From the NCBI GenBank assembly GCA_035500015.1, contig DATJXQ010000080.1, positions 1 to 47,160 on the forward strand: DNA of 47,160 nt. Reading direction: 5' to 3'. A program made the translations under genes and the position numbers. How positions within the stretch are numbered: position 1 is the stretch's first letter; each line of letters starts with the position of its first letter. Source of the stretch: Steroidobacteraceae bacterium (GTDB taxonomy: Bacteria; Pseudomonadota; Gammaproteobacteria; Steroidobacterales; Steroidobacteraceae). The notes under the pieces are model-generated. The model saw only the letters and a program-made list of their open reading frames with translations. It was not told where the DNA came from and searched no databases. Below, piece by piece: positions 36,243 through 45,286 of this stretch.

Positions 36243-36590
36243 TCAGGGCAGTTCGTCGCGCAGGCAGGCCAGCACCCGGGCCGGAACCAGTGTCTCCGGT
36301 ACCACCGCCGTCTGGGTGCCCTCACCCATGCGGCGTGTCAGCCGGATGCGGAATCGGTCGGCACCGCCAGCCGCGCCTTTTTCCGGCAGGCGGAACAGGC
36401 TTTCGACGATTGCCCGCTCTTCCTGGGACAGCAACGAAGTATCGCAATGCCCGCGGCTGCTGATCCGCGCCGCACCGATGCCGAAACCCGCGAGGCCTCC
36501 CAGGCGTTCCACTTCCACGATGGCGCCGGCGTGCGTCACGGAGGTGGAATCACCCTGCGCATCACAGGCCGACAGCCTTCCAGGCCGCAT
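36243..36590 (-). CDS. emfourin-like small protein (putative protealysin inhibitor)
   Basis: 115 aa. Starts 29 nt inside the protease 3' end. VEVERLGGLAGFG...GGADRFRIRLTR resembles the emfourin family as I recall it. The position immediately downstream of a protealysin-like gene matches the described operon. Confidence 0.6.
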   Translation of the reverse strand: MRPGRLSACDAQGDSTSVTHAGAIVEVERLGGLAGFGIGAARISSRGHCDTSLLSQEERAIVESLFRLPEKGAAGGADRFRIRLTRRMGEGTQTAVVPETLVPARVLACLRDELP

Positions 36591-37605
36591 CGATCGCTGC
36601 CCTCACGGCGGGCTCGGCCGGATAGAGGCTGGTGGCCGCGGCGCGGGTGCGGTTCGCAAAGGTCTTCATCCTCATGCGCGGCGCCGGCTTCTGCGCCGTC
36701 AATGCCTGGAACCAGATGCGGCCCGCCACGCTCCAGCTGTTGCCGCCGAGCGCCAGCGCCGCCTTGCAGAAGGCGAGGTTCGGAATGCCGCTGCTTTCAT
36801 GCGGATCCATGCCATCACGATACCGGGAGAAATGCGCCGGCTGCGGCGACAGGCAGTGCTCCGCGGCGGGATCGGCCATGTCGCGCAGGCACTCGTAGCC
36901 GCGGGCGCGCGCCACCGGGCCCATGATGTCGCTGCCGATCAGCCAGTCCGCCTGCACCACCGTCTGGCCCTTGCGCCACTGGCGGAACATCGAGCCGAAC
37001 ACGTCCGAGATGCTTTCGTTCAGGCCGCCGGCCTCGTCCTCGTAGCCAAGGCCCGCGGTGAACTGCGTGAGACCGTGCGTCAGCTCGTGCGCGATCACGT
37101 CGGTGGCGCTGGTGAAATCCCTGAAGATGGCGCCGTCGCCATCGCCGTAGGTCATCTGGCTGCCGTTCCAGAAGGCATTGTTGTACTGCACGCTGTAGTG
37201 CACCGAGGACAGCAGCGCCATGCCGTTGCCATCCAGCGAGTTGCGGCCGAACACCGTCCGGAAGAAGCGCACCACCTCGGTGGTCTCGGTGAAGGCATGC
37301 GCGGGTGCCTCATCGTGCGATGCGGCGGGATCATGTACCGGAGCACCCGGCAGCACCGTGCCGTGACGGCAGTCGAACACCAGCACGTGGGGCGGCGCGG
37401 CGGCAGCTGCGCCCAGATCCGCGGGCAGCACCTCGGCAGCCAGCCGCGCCAGCCGCGATTTCACCTGGCGCGCGTGGCGCCATTCCTTCTCCAGCCGCGC
37501 GGCGGCGGCGAACGCCCGGCGCTGGGATGCCTTGAGCCTGCGATCCCGCGCAAAGCGCAGCAGCACCTTCGTCGGAACGATGAAACAGCAGCCACAATGA
37601 TTCAT
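36562..37605 (-). CDS. protealysin-like M4 (thermolysin-family) metallopeptidase, no signal peptide
   Basis: 347 aa. Zinc motif VIAHELTHGL plus GGLNESISDVFG. Short N-terminal propeptide beginning MNHCGCCFIVPTKVLL, as in protealysin-like proteases. Confidence 0.88.
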   Translation of the reverse strand: MNHCGCCFIVPTKVLLRFARDRRLKASQRRAFAAAARLEKEWRHARQVKSRLARLAAEVLPADLGAAAAAPPHVLVFDCRHGTVLPGAPVHDPAASHDEAPAHAFTETTEVVRFFRTVFGRNSLDGNGMALLSSVHYSVQYNNAFWNGSQMTYGDGDGAIFRDFTSATDVIAHELTHGLTQFTAGLGYEDEAGGLNESISDVFGSMFRQWRKGQTVVQADWLIGSDIMGPVARARGYECLRDMADPAAEHCLSPQPAHFSRYRDGMDPHESSGIPNLAFCKAALALGGNSWSVAGRIWFQALTAQKPAPRMRMKTFANRTRAAATSLYPAEPAVRAAIDAAWKAVGL

Positions 37606-37719
37606 TGCTCAGCACTCCTTGCTTCCGATATCCCCGCCACTGCCACTCTCACGCAGAATCCGGCGAAAATCCAGCCGCAGGGTTGACCGGAACCGTGATC
37701 ACCGGTTTCCATTACACGC

Positions 37720-38445
37720 ATGATTGTCGACTCGCGGCCGGTCCTCGGCCTCATCCTGCCTCCCGCGAACCGGCCGATGCCCGAGGAAGCCATCGCCATG
37801 TACGGCGCGCAGCTGCGCTTCGTCATCACCGGGCTGGGCATCGAACGCATCACTTCCGCCGGCTTCGATGCGGCGCTGTCGCGCATTCCGGAGGCGGCGC
37901 GGAAATTGAAGGCCGCCGGCGCCCAGGCCATCGAACTCACCGGCACCTCGCTGACCTTCTATCGCGGCGAGGCATTCAACCGGCAGCTGCGCGCTGCCGT
38001 GACCGCCGCCTGCGGGTTGCCCGCCACCACCATGAGCGACGGCGTCATCCAAGGGCTGCATGCCGTGGGCGCGCAGCGCATCGCCGTGGCCACTGCCTAC
38101 AACGAGGAGATCAACGCGCGCCTGCGCGCCTTCCTCGAGGAACACGGGCTCGAGCCCGTGATGATCACCGGCATGGGACTGGAAGCCATGTCCGATGTGG
38201 ACAAGGTGACGCAGCAGGACCTGCTGCAGTTCGGCGCGCAGGTGTTCCGCTCTGCGCCCGGTGCGGATGCGTTGCTTGTCTCATGCGGCGGGTTTCGCAC
38301 GCTGGAGATCATCGCGCCGCTGGAAGCGCGCACCGGCGTGCCGGTGATTTCCAGCATGCCGCATGGGCTGTGGGCCGGGGCAAGGCTGGTCGGGCTGAGT
38401 GGCGCGGCGCCGGGATATGGGACGTTGCTGTCACGTACTGCGTAG
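37720..38445 (+). CDS. arylmalonate decarboxylase-like protein (Asp/Glu/hydantoin racemase superfamily)
   Basis: 241 aa. Blocks LTGTSLTFYRGEAFN, LPATTMSDGVIQGLHAVGAQRIAVATAYNEEINARLRAFLEE, LLVSCGGFRTLEIIAPLEARTGVPVISS and PGYGTLL are collinear with the Bordetella AMDase sequence as I remember it. Only one catalytic-position Cys (SCGG) is present. Confidence 0.7.
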   Translation: MIVDSRPVLGLILPPANRPMPEEAIAMYGAQLRFVITGLGIERITSAGFDAALSRIPEAARKLKAAGAQAIELTGTSLTFYRGEAFNRQLRAAVTAACGLPATTMSDGVIQGLHAVGAQRIAVATAYNEEINARLRAFLEEHGLEPVMITGMGLEAMSDVDKVTQQDLLQFGAQVFRSAPGADALLVSCGGFRTLEIIAPLEARTGVPVISSMPHGLWAGARLVGLSGAAPGYGTLLSRTA

Positions 38446-38559
38446 CTGGGGGGGTACTCATGGCCCCCGGGATCGATCCATGAACCTCCGCGGTGTGTTA
38501 TACCTGTCTTGGCGACGGCGTTAACAACTCGAACCGTTGGAGCCAACCGGGAAGCAATC

Positions 38560-40028
38560 ATGCGAAAGCGAACAGCGTTCATCGCTACTGTTGTCGCCCT
38601 TTCACTGCACCAACCCGCCACGGCGGCGCAGTCCACACAGACGGATGACCAGCTTGCCGCGATTCGCGCCGCGTGCACAGGAGACGCGCAGAAGCTGTGC
38701 GGGACAGTTGAACAGGGTGGGGGCCGGGTGCTGGCGTGCCTCAAGGACCACAAGGATTCCTTATCCGATCGCTGCAGACAGGCCGCCGGTCTGCCTCCCA
38801 AGCCAACTGGCAGTTCCGCTGCCGCGAAGCACGTTCCCGCTCCGGACTCCAAGGCCAAGCCGGCTCCCGCAGCCAAGGCCGTATCGGGACCGGTCACCGT
38901 CGCCGGCGAACGCTTCGTCAAGCGCATGCTGGTCGACACCCAGCAGGGCGGCATGAACGCGGTAGCCGTTTATGTTCCGGAGAGCTGGCACTTCGAGGGC
39001 AAGATCGAGTGGCACTACGGGTGGGTCGAAGTACCTGTCAACCCTTCCTGGCACGCGGAAAATCCCGCCAATGACGAGGCCTACTTCCAGTACGAGTCAT
39101 TGCGGTTTGTTAACGTCGACGTGGCGCCCCAATACGGCAATACGTAAAGGCTTCCAAGCCTGGCGAGCGCACTCCCCTGGGCCAGATCAACATGGCGCCG
39201 GTTACTCCCCTGCAGGCAATGGCCACGTTCATCAAGAAGACTCGTGGCGATGTCACCCATCTCAAATGGATTGGACAACAGGATCTGCCCAACCTGGCAA
39301 AGGCACTGCGTCTCGCCCCCTCGCCCAACCAGCATGGTGTTGCCATAAAAGTCGGTTACGACCTGAACGGCAAACCCGTCGAGGAAGCCTTCTTTGGCGT
39401 TTACTATCTGAACAAGGCGGGCAGCCCGGCAGTACAGGCAGGTCACCAGTCAATGGCCGCCAATCAGCTGGTACAGACCAACTGGGGAATTCAGGCCCTG
39501 CAGAGTTTCCGCGCGCCCGCCGGCAAGCTCGACAGGCGCATGCCGGTCTATTGCCTGATCGCCAAGTCCGTCCAGTATGAGCCGCAGTGGACGGCGCGCT
39601 ATCAGGCCATCTCGGCCAAGCTGACCCAGATGTTCAACCAGAAGCTCCAGCAAGGCTGGGACCCGATCCGCGCGGCCGACGCCATCTCGGACCAGGCGAT
39701 GAGGAACAATGCGGCATTTCTCGACGGCATAGGACGTCAGGAAGCGGCGATGCGCGACAGCGGCGGCGGATCGTCAGGAGGCGGGGTGGACGGTTTTCTG
39801 CGCGATGAAGGCGGCCGCAGTTCCGCGGACCACTTCAGCGATCTCATCCGCGGTGTCGATACACTCGACGATCCCAGCACCGGAGGTACGAAGCAGCTCG
39901 ACAACTCGGGCGGCTACAATCATTTCACCGACGGCTTCGGCAACTACCGCACTTACGACAATCCCAATGCCACGCCGGAAAATCAGGGTGAAGACGGCTC
40001 ATGGACGCGCATGACGGAAACTCCGTAA
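38560..40028 (+). pseudogene. secreted protein with N-terminal Cys-rich repeat, split by a frameshift at 39130-39145
   Basis: Part 1 (38560..39147) has signal peptide MRKRTAFIATVVALSLHQPATAA and the repeat ACTGDAQKLCGTVEQGGGRVLACLKDHKDSLSDRCRQA. Part 2 (reading frame open from 39114; track ORF 39192..40028) is in another frame. Removing 8 nt at the near-tandem repeat CAATACG-G-CAATACG-T joins them as ...VDVAPQYVKASKPGERTPLGQINMAPVTP.... Confidence 0.65.
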
Positions 40029-40038
40029 GCCTTCTCCG

Positions 40039-41184
40039 ATGAATCGGAGAATCGATCCAGCTGCCGTCAAGGACATTCGCCCCGGCCGCTCCACGCGCGT
40101 TGTCCGCTCCATCGTCTTGTCTGTACTCGCAACCGCGCTACTGACGACCTGCGGCGGCGATGATGATGGCGGTAGCGTCGGCGGTGGCGGCAACGACGGC
40201 AGCCAGTCCGCATCCGTCGTCGCCCAGCACGCACTGGCACAAACGGGGCTCGCCATCGCGCTGGCGTCCACCGTGCTGCAAAGTCAGCTGGAAATCATCT
40301 TTACCAGCGTCGCCCAGAGCACCAACTGCACCGCCCTCACCGGAGGCGGCAGCGTGCAGGGCGACACGACGGCCAAGACCGTAACCGTGTACTACGACAC
40401 GGCCTGCACCCAGCGCTACATCGTCGCCAGTCCTGTCAGCACCCAGACGACCACCAGCGACGGTCCCCAGTTCACGGTGGCTGAAACGGCCACATATTAC
40501 GGACTCGGCGGAGCCGCCATCGGCAGCATGTCCTTGAATGAGACCGCGACCAACATCACGGCCACAAACACGCTTCAAGTCCATGGAACGGGAACCTTCA
40601 CGCCGGCCGGTGCCGCACCAACGCCGGTGCAGCTTGGCCTTTACTGCGCGGTTCCGAACTTCATCAACAACGGCCCGGTTCCGTCGCCGGAGATCGCATC
40701 ATGCGGGGGTGGCATCGCACAGGATTTTCCCGCGCTCAATCTGGCGATCGGCGCTGTCACCCCGTTGACGCTCAGTGTCGCCACGGACCCGACGACCGGG
40801 GCAGCAACGAGCCTTACCTTCACCGGCGGCGGCTCCGCCGTCACTGGCGCGCCGGGTTCCCTCAGTCTCGCCAACCCTTCGCCGACCTCGCTCGTGATCA
40901 ACGGCGGCACTGCCTACGCTACGACCACCGCCAGTGGCAGCGCGGCTGCCTTTGCCCTGTTCCCGCCGACACCGACGTCGTGGAATCTCACCGATGCGGC
41001 GAACGATGTTCACTTCCAGATCTCGGTGATCGACAACACGACCCGGAGCCTGAACATGACAATTACCCGGACGAGCTCAGGCGGCAGCCTGGCTACGGCA
41101 ACATTGGACCAGTCGGGCACAGGCAGCATCACCTATTCGGATGACAAGACAGCCGCGATCACGAACTGGACTCTGGCCGATTAG
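40039..41184 (+). CDS. uncharacterised Thr/Ser/Gly/Ala-rich lipoprotein
   Basis: 381 aa. Lipobox LLTTCGG followed by a DDDGGSVGGGGNDG linker. Starts 10 nt after the preceding stop. No family recognised. Confidence 0.7.
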   Translation: MNRRIDPAAVKDIRPGRSTRVVRSIVLSVLATALLTTCGGDDDGGSVGGGGNDGSQSASVVAQHALAQTGLAIALASTVLQSQLEIIFTSVAQSTNCTALTGGGSVQGDTTAKTVTVYYDTACTQRYIVASPVSTQTTTSDGPQFTVAETATYYGLGGAAIGSMSLNETATNITATNTLQVHGTGTFTPAGAAPTPVQLGLYCAVPNFINNGPVPSPEIASCGGGIAQDFPALNLAIGAVTPLTLSVATDPTTGAATSLTFTGGGSAVTGAPGSLSLANPSPTSLVINGGTAYATTTASGSAAAFALFPPTPTSWNLTDAANDVHFQISVIDNTTRSLNMTITRTSSGGSLATATLDQSGTGSITYSDDKTAAITNWTLAD

Positions 41185-41272
41185 AACGAACGCAAACTGG
41201 CCGAACTTTCGGATCACCGCCAGCGAGACAGCTGTTGCAGGAATCGGGTCAGGTTGGGAACAGTTCATTTGA

Positions 41273-42190
41273 TCAGGAATGCAGCAGCACGTTCATCCGC
41301 GCCCGGCGGAACAACCGGCACCGCTGTCGCAGCCAGTGCAGTCGGGATGCCAGTGACCAATCCACCTGGTTCGTGTCGAGGATCCACTCCCAGGGCGTGC
41401 CCGTCAGGCAGTCCGCGTAGATTGCGCGGGCGCTGCGGCAGGCCGGTTCCTGCGGACTGTTCCAGGGCTTGTGCCGGCCCACGAAATGCCGCAGCCTGGC
41501 CACGGCTTCGACCTCCACGCCGAGATATTGCGCGAGCCACTGCTGCGCATTCCAGCGCAGCGGCAGTTTCTTCCATTGACCGCCGGATGCGATGTTGAGC
41601 ACGTCCTGGTCCAGCAGCGGCCAATTTCGCCCGGAAAGCAGCAGCTCCAGCGCCCGCGGCAGGTAGCGGCTCGCGCGGGTCCGTTGCCAGTCGAACAGCA
41701 TGACGCCCGCATTGAAATAGGCGGCATGCGCCGGCAGGTTCAGCCGGCGCACGTGTCGCATCGTCCTGCGGCTCATGCACGAACCCACGTCCGGCACCGC
41801 GGCGAGCGCGTGGCCTTCCATGCCGATGGAGAAGATCTCCGCGATGTCGTGCAGCGCCAGCACGTCGGCGTCGACGTAAAGCACCCGCTCGTAATCGGGC
41901 GGGAGATATTCGTCGAGTTTCAGCCGCAACAGCGTGCCCACTCCCCAGCCGCTGTCCGGCCTGGCCAGGCCGGTGGCATCGACCGGCAGCAGGCGGATAT
42001 CCGTGCCGCGCAGGGCGTTGAAACGAGCCAGGTCTTCGGCATCGCGCGCCGACGGGTTGTGGCAGACGATTGCCAGGTCGGCCCGTTGCGCCGCGCCGTG
42101 CTTCGCGCACGACCAGAGCGTAACGGCGGCTGGAGCCAGCCACGCCGGGGTCGCACAGGCGACGATGGCATGTCGATTGATGGGTTGCAT
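41273..42190 (-). CDS. glycosyltransferase family 8 (LPS/glycan alpha-hexosyltransferase-like)
   Basis: 305 aa. RVLYVDADVLAL (DxD), YFNAGVMLFDW, DQDVLN and HFVGRHKPW are typical GT8 blocks. Confidence 0.85.
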   Translation of the reverse strand: MQPINRHAIVACATPAWLAPAAVTLWSCAKHGAAQRADLAIVCHNPSARDAEDLARFNALRGTDIRLLPVDATGLARPDSGWGVGTLLRLKLDEYLPPDYERVLYVDADVLALHDIAEIFSIGMEGHALAAVPDVGSCMSRRTMRHVRRLNLPAHAAYFNAGVMLFDWQRTRASRYLPRALELLLSGRNWPLLDQDVLNIASGGQWKKLPLRWNAQQWLAQYLGVEVEAVARLRHFVGRHKPWNSPQEPACRSARAIYADCLTGTPWEWILDTNQVDWSLASRLHWLRQRCRLFRRARMNVLLHS

Positions 42191-42301
42191 GCCGGAAGAG
42201 ACGCTGCCGGATGCGCAAACCCACAGCGGACGGACTACTTTCGTAATGCATCAGCCACGACGTTCCGGGTAGCGAAGCCGGCGCCACGCGGTCCGCGCGA
42301 C

Positions 42302-43039
42302 TCAGAACGCGCGATAGAGGCTCAGGTAATAGGAGAAGCGATTGTCGTCCACGTTGGTCAGGTTCCGGCCGGTCGAGAACAGCAGCTGCCAGTCACCGCC
42401 CATGGCATAACCACCGCCAACGTTGAAGCCGGTGGAGGCGGCCCCACCCGTCTCCTGCGTGGTGCTGTGAAACACCTCGCCTCCCAGGTACAGCGCCTTG
42501 CTGATCTGCCGCTGCACCAGCACGCCGCTGAACCACCAGTCGCGCTGGCCCGGATCCTTCATGAACCAGCGGCCGCCGCCGCCGTACACGGTCCACGAAC
42601 CCCAATCCTTCTGCAGCCACAGCGGCAGGAAGTAGCTGGCTTTCTCGCTGCCGAGCCCGCGCCGCGCACTGCCGGTGGGCAGCTCGGCCAGCGGGAAGGT
42701 AGCCACGTCGATGCCGGCCTGCTCCTGGCTGACGAACTGCCACTTGAAACCCAGCTCCACGTCGCCCAGGCCGTAGGCCGTGCTGCCCTGAGCCGGGTTG
42801 CTGTATGCCAGCGGTACCACCAGGTGGAAGAACGTGTTCGGCGCGAAGCTGTAGTTCACTTCCGCGCCGGGCGCGGCATCCAGGGCCCAGCCATCGGCGC
42901 TGTGTCCGCCGGCGGTGAACAGATATGCCTCGCCGGTGTGCACGGGGAAGACGCCCGGGTCATCGGTCTCGAATGGCGGATTGGCGAACGCCGCGCCCGC
43001 GGCGGCCCACAGCGACGACAACAGGAATGCTTTGCGCAT
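42302..43039 (-). CDS. outer-membrane beta-barrel, MetA-pathway (PF13557-like) transporter family
   Basis: 245 aa. Signal peptide MRKAFLLSSLWAAAGAAFA, NPPFETDDPG start. C-terminal SYYLSLYRAF ends in Phe. Confidence 0.75.
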   Translation of the reverse strand: MRKAFLLSSLWAAAGAAFANPPFETDDPGVFPVHTGEAYLFTAGGHSADGWALDAAPGAEVNYSFAPNTFFHLVVPLAYSNPAQGSTAYGLGDVELGFKWQFVSQEQAGIDVATFPLAELPTGSARRGLGSEKASYFLPLWLQKDWGSWTVYGGGGRWFMKDPGQRDWWFSGVLVQRQISKALYLGGEVFHSTTQETGGAASTGFNVGGGYAMGGDWQLLFSTGRNLTNVDDNRFSYYLSLYRAF

Positions 43040-43117
43040 GGTGTCGGGTTCCTGTCTGCTACAAACCCTTCCGGTCGCCGATGCTCATGCGCTGGACACC
43101 ACCGGGGCTTGTTCGAA

Positions 43118-43193
<76 letters not shown>

Positions 43194-43206
43194 GTGCGGG
43201 GCGCGT

Positions 43207-43236
43207 ATTACACCGGCGCGGCCTTCCGGGCGTCAA
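43207..43236 (-). promoter_or_regulatory. sigma-70-type promoter candidate for tRNA-Phe
   Basis: The minus strand reads TTGACG (complement of 43231-43236), an 18-nt spacer, then TGTAAT (complement of 43207-43212). The -10 element ends 13 nt before the mature tRNA 5' end. Confidence 0.45.
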
Positions 43237-43252
43237 GACCGGCTGCCGCGTT

Positions 43253-43525
43253 TCAGCCGCCCGGAGCCTGATATTCCGCGGGTTTGTCCGAGCCGGCCCC
43301 GAAAAAGTACTTCTCCATCTCCCCTTCCAGGAACTTGCGCGCCTTGGGGTCCACCGGGGTCAGCCGGTATTCATTGATCAGCATGGTCTGGTGCCGCAGC
43401 CAGCCGGCCCAGGCTTCCTGCGACACGTTCTCATAGATGCGCTGGCCCAGCGCGCCGGGGTAGGGCACTCGCTCCAGGCCCGGCGCCTCGCGCCTCAAGA
43501 GCACGCATTGGACGGTACGGCTCAT
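43253..43525 (-). CDS. yggX: Fe(2+)-trafficking / oxidative-damage protection protein YggX
   Basis: 90 aa: [55 protein letters not shown].... Classic YggX. ATGA overlap with the mutY stop. Confidence 0.93.
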   Translation of the reverse strand: MSRTVQCVLLRREAPGLERVPYPGALGQRIYENVSQEAWAGWLRHQTMLINEYRLTPVDPKARKFLEGEMEKYFFGAGSDKPAEYQAPGG

Positions 43526-44562
43526 GTGGGTGGATTGCTCAGCAACTCGGCGACGGGTTGGGGAAGCCCGACGCGCGCCGGACTGGCGGCGTTATACCAC
43601 AGCGCGCTGCCCTCCTCGGCCACGCCGGCCGCGCCCTCATCGTGCGCCCACAGCGGATGGATCCACAGGTCGAAGTGCGTGAACACATGCAGCAGCGGTG
43701 CGCCTTCCCGCAGCATGGTGGCCGCGGGCAGCGCCTCTGCCGCCAGCGCGCGCGAGGCGAATTCCGGCGGCGACCACAGACCGCCCCACACGCCGCTGGC
43801 CGGACGGCGCAGCAGGCGCACGCTGCCGTCGGCGCGCCGCGTGAACAGCATCCAGGTCTGCCGCTCACGGCGCTTCAACGGCTTCTTCGGCGCGGGATAA
43901 TCATGCTCCGCGCCGGCCGCGTGCGCGGCGCAATCGGCGGCGAGCGGGCATTCGCCGCAGCGCGGCTGGCGTCGCGTGCACACGGTGGCGCCCAGATCCA
44001 TGATGGCCTGCGTGTACTGCGCGACGCGTGCGACCGGCGTCTGCTCGCCGGCGATGCGCCAGAGTTCGTTCTCGAACGCACGCTCGCCGGTGCGGCCGGG
44101 CACGGCATGCAGGCGCGACAGCACGCGCCGCACATTGCCATCGAGTATGGGGTGCGGCGCATCGTCCGACAGCGCGAGGATGGCACCGGCGGTGGAGCGG
44201 CCGACGCCCGGCAGCGCGGTAACGCTCTCGAACTCCAGCGGAAACCCGCCCGCGTGCCGTTCCATGATCTGCCGCGCGGCGCGCTGCAGGTTGCGCGCGC
44301 GGGCGTAGTAACCCAGCCCCGACCAGTGGTGCAGCACCTCGTCCTCCGGGGCTTCGGCCAGTGCGCGCACATCCGGAAAGCGGGCCATGAAGCGCTGGAA
44401 ATACGGAATCACCGCGGCCACCTGCGTCTGCTGCAACATCACCTCGGAGATCCACACGCGGTAGGGCGTGCGCTCGATCTGCCAAGGCAGGTCATGCCGG
44501 CCGGAACGCTCGTGCCAGGCGATCAGCCGCGGGGCGATCAGACCGGCTGCGGCCCGTGCCAT
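43522..44562 (-). CDS. mutY: A/G-specific adenine DNA glycosylase MutY
   Basis: 346 aa. [23 protein letters not shown], Hh[14 protein letters not shown], Fe-S cluster CxxxxxxCxxCPxxxxC, and a C-terminal NUDIX-like domain. Confidence 0.93.
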   Translation of the reverse strand: MARAAAGLIAPRLIAWHERSGRHDLPWQIERTPYRVWISEVMLQQTQVAAVIPYFQRFMARFPDVRALAEAPEDEVLHHWSGLGYYARARNLQRAARQIMERHAGGFPLEFESVTALPGVGRSTAGAILALSDDAPHPILDGNVRRVLSRLHAVPGRTGERAFENELWRIAGEQTPVARVAQYTQAIMDLGATVCTRRQPRCGECPLAADCAAHAAGAEHDYPAPKKPLKRRERQTWMLFTRRADGSVRLLRRPASGVWGGLWSPPEFASRALAAEALPAATMLREGAPLLHVFTHFDLWIHPLWAHDEGAAGVAEEGSALWYNAASPARVGLPQPVAELLSNPPT

Positions 44563-45200
44563 TTGATCGCGTACTGCACCAGCTGCGCGTTGGTATCCAG
44601 CGTGAGCTTGCGCTTGATGGCGAGCCGGTGGGTTTCGACGGTCTTCACCGACAGCGACAGGCGTTCGGCGATCTCGCGCGTGCCGAAGCCCAGGCCGATC
44701 AGGCTGATGACTTGCAGCTCGCGCGGCGACAGGCCGTCGCCCTGGCTGCCCGCGCCCTTGACGCGCTCGGCGAGATGGCGCTTGAGCTCCTCGCTCATGA
44801 AGCGCTCGCCACGCAGCACCGTGCGCAGCGCGGTGACCAGCTGCCCGCCCGCGGCCTGCTTCATGATGTAGCCGGAAGCGCCCTGCGCGAACAGCCGGTC
44901 GGCGTACACGGTTTCATCGTGCATGGAGAGCACCAGGATGGGCACCTGCGGGAAATGCGCGTGCACATCGCGCACGATGTTGAAGCCGTCGCCGCCGGCC
45001 CCGAGCGAGAGATCCACCACCAGGGCGTCGGGCTGCAGCTCGCGCAGCAGCCGCCGCGCGCCCTGTTCATTCTCGGCCTCGCCGCATACGGTGAGGTCGG
45101 GCTCGGCGTTGATCACCAGCATGATGCCGTGGCGCACGACCGGATGGTCGTCGACGACCAGCACGCGGCGTGCTGCCTGTTGCGGGGCGGGTTGCGTCAT
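44538..45200 (-). CDS. NarL/FixJ-family response regulator (REC + LuxR HTH)
   Basis: ATG (complement of 45198-45200). VLVVDDHPVVRHG, phospho-acceptor region ALVVDLSLG, LSPRELQVISLIGLGFGTREIAERLSLSVKTVETHR. No kinase gene is adjacent. The upstream 156 codons of the track ORF are rejected. Confidence 0.88.
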   Translation of the reverse strand: MTQPAPQQAARRVLVVDDHPVVRHGIMLVINAEPDLTVCGEAENEQGARRLLRELQPDALVVDLSLGAGGDGFNIVRDVHAHFPQVPILVLSMHDETVYADRLFAQGASGYIMKQAAGGQLVTALRTVLRGERFMSEELKRHLAERVKGAGSQGDGLSPRELQVISLIGLGFGTREIAERLSLSVKTVETHRLAIKRKLTLDTNAQLVQYAIKWHGPQPV

Positions 45201-45286
45201 GGGCAGATGGCGATGGACCCTCCGTGACCTGTCGCTATCATATCCGCAACCCTGCGCCGCCGCGCTGGTCGCGGCAATGGATGACG

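Noticed and set aside
37650-37710. Inverted repeat AACCGG-N10-CCGGTT between the protealysin and AMDase-like genes as an operator
   Set aside because: It has only 6-bp arms in GC-rich DNA, so chance occurrence is plausible. There is no adjacent regulator gene to link it to.
38450-38500. Possible partial tRNA copy at the left end of the lower-GC region
   Set aside because: Only a 14-nt T-arm-like match (12/14) is present, and no acceptor or anticodon arms can be folded. It is kept only as a possible att remnant in the findings.
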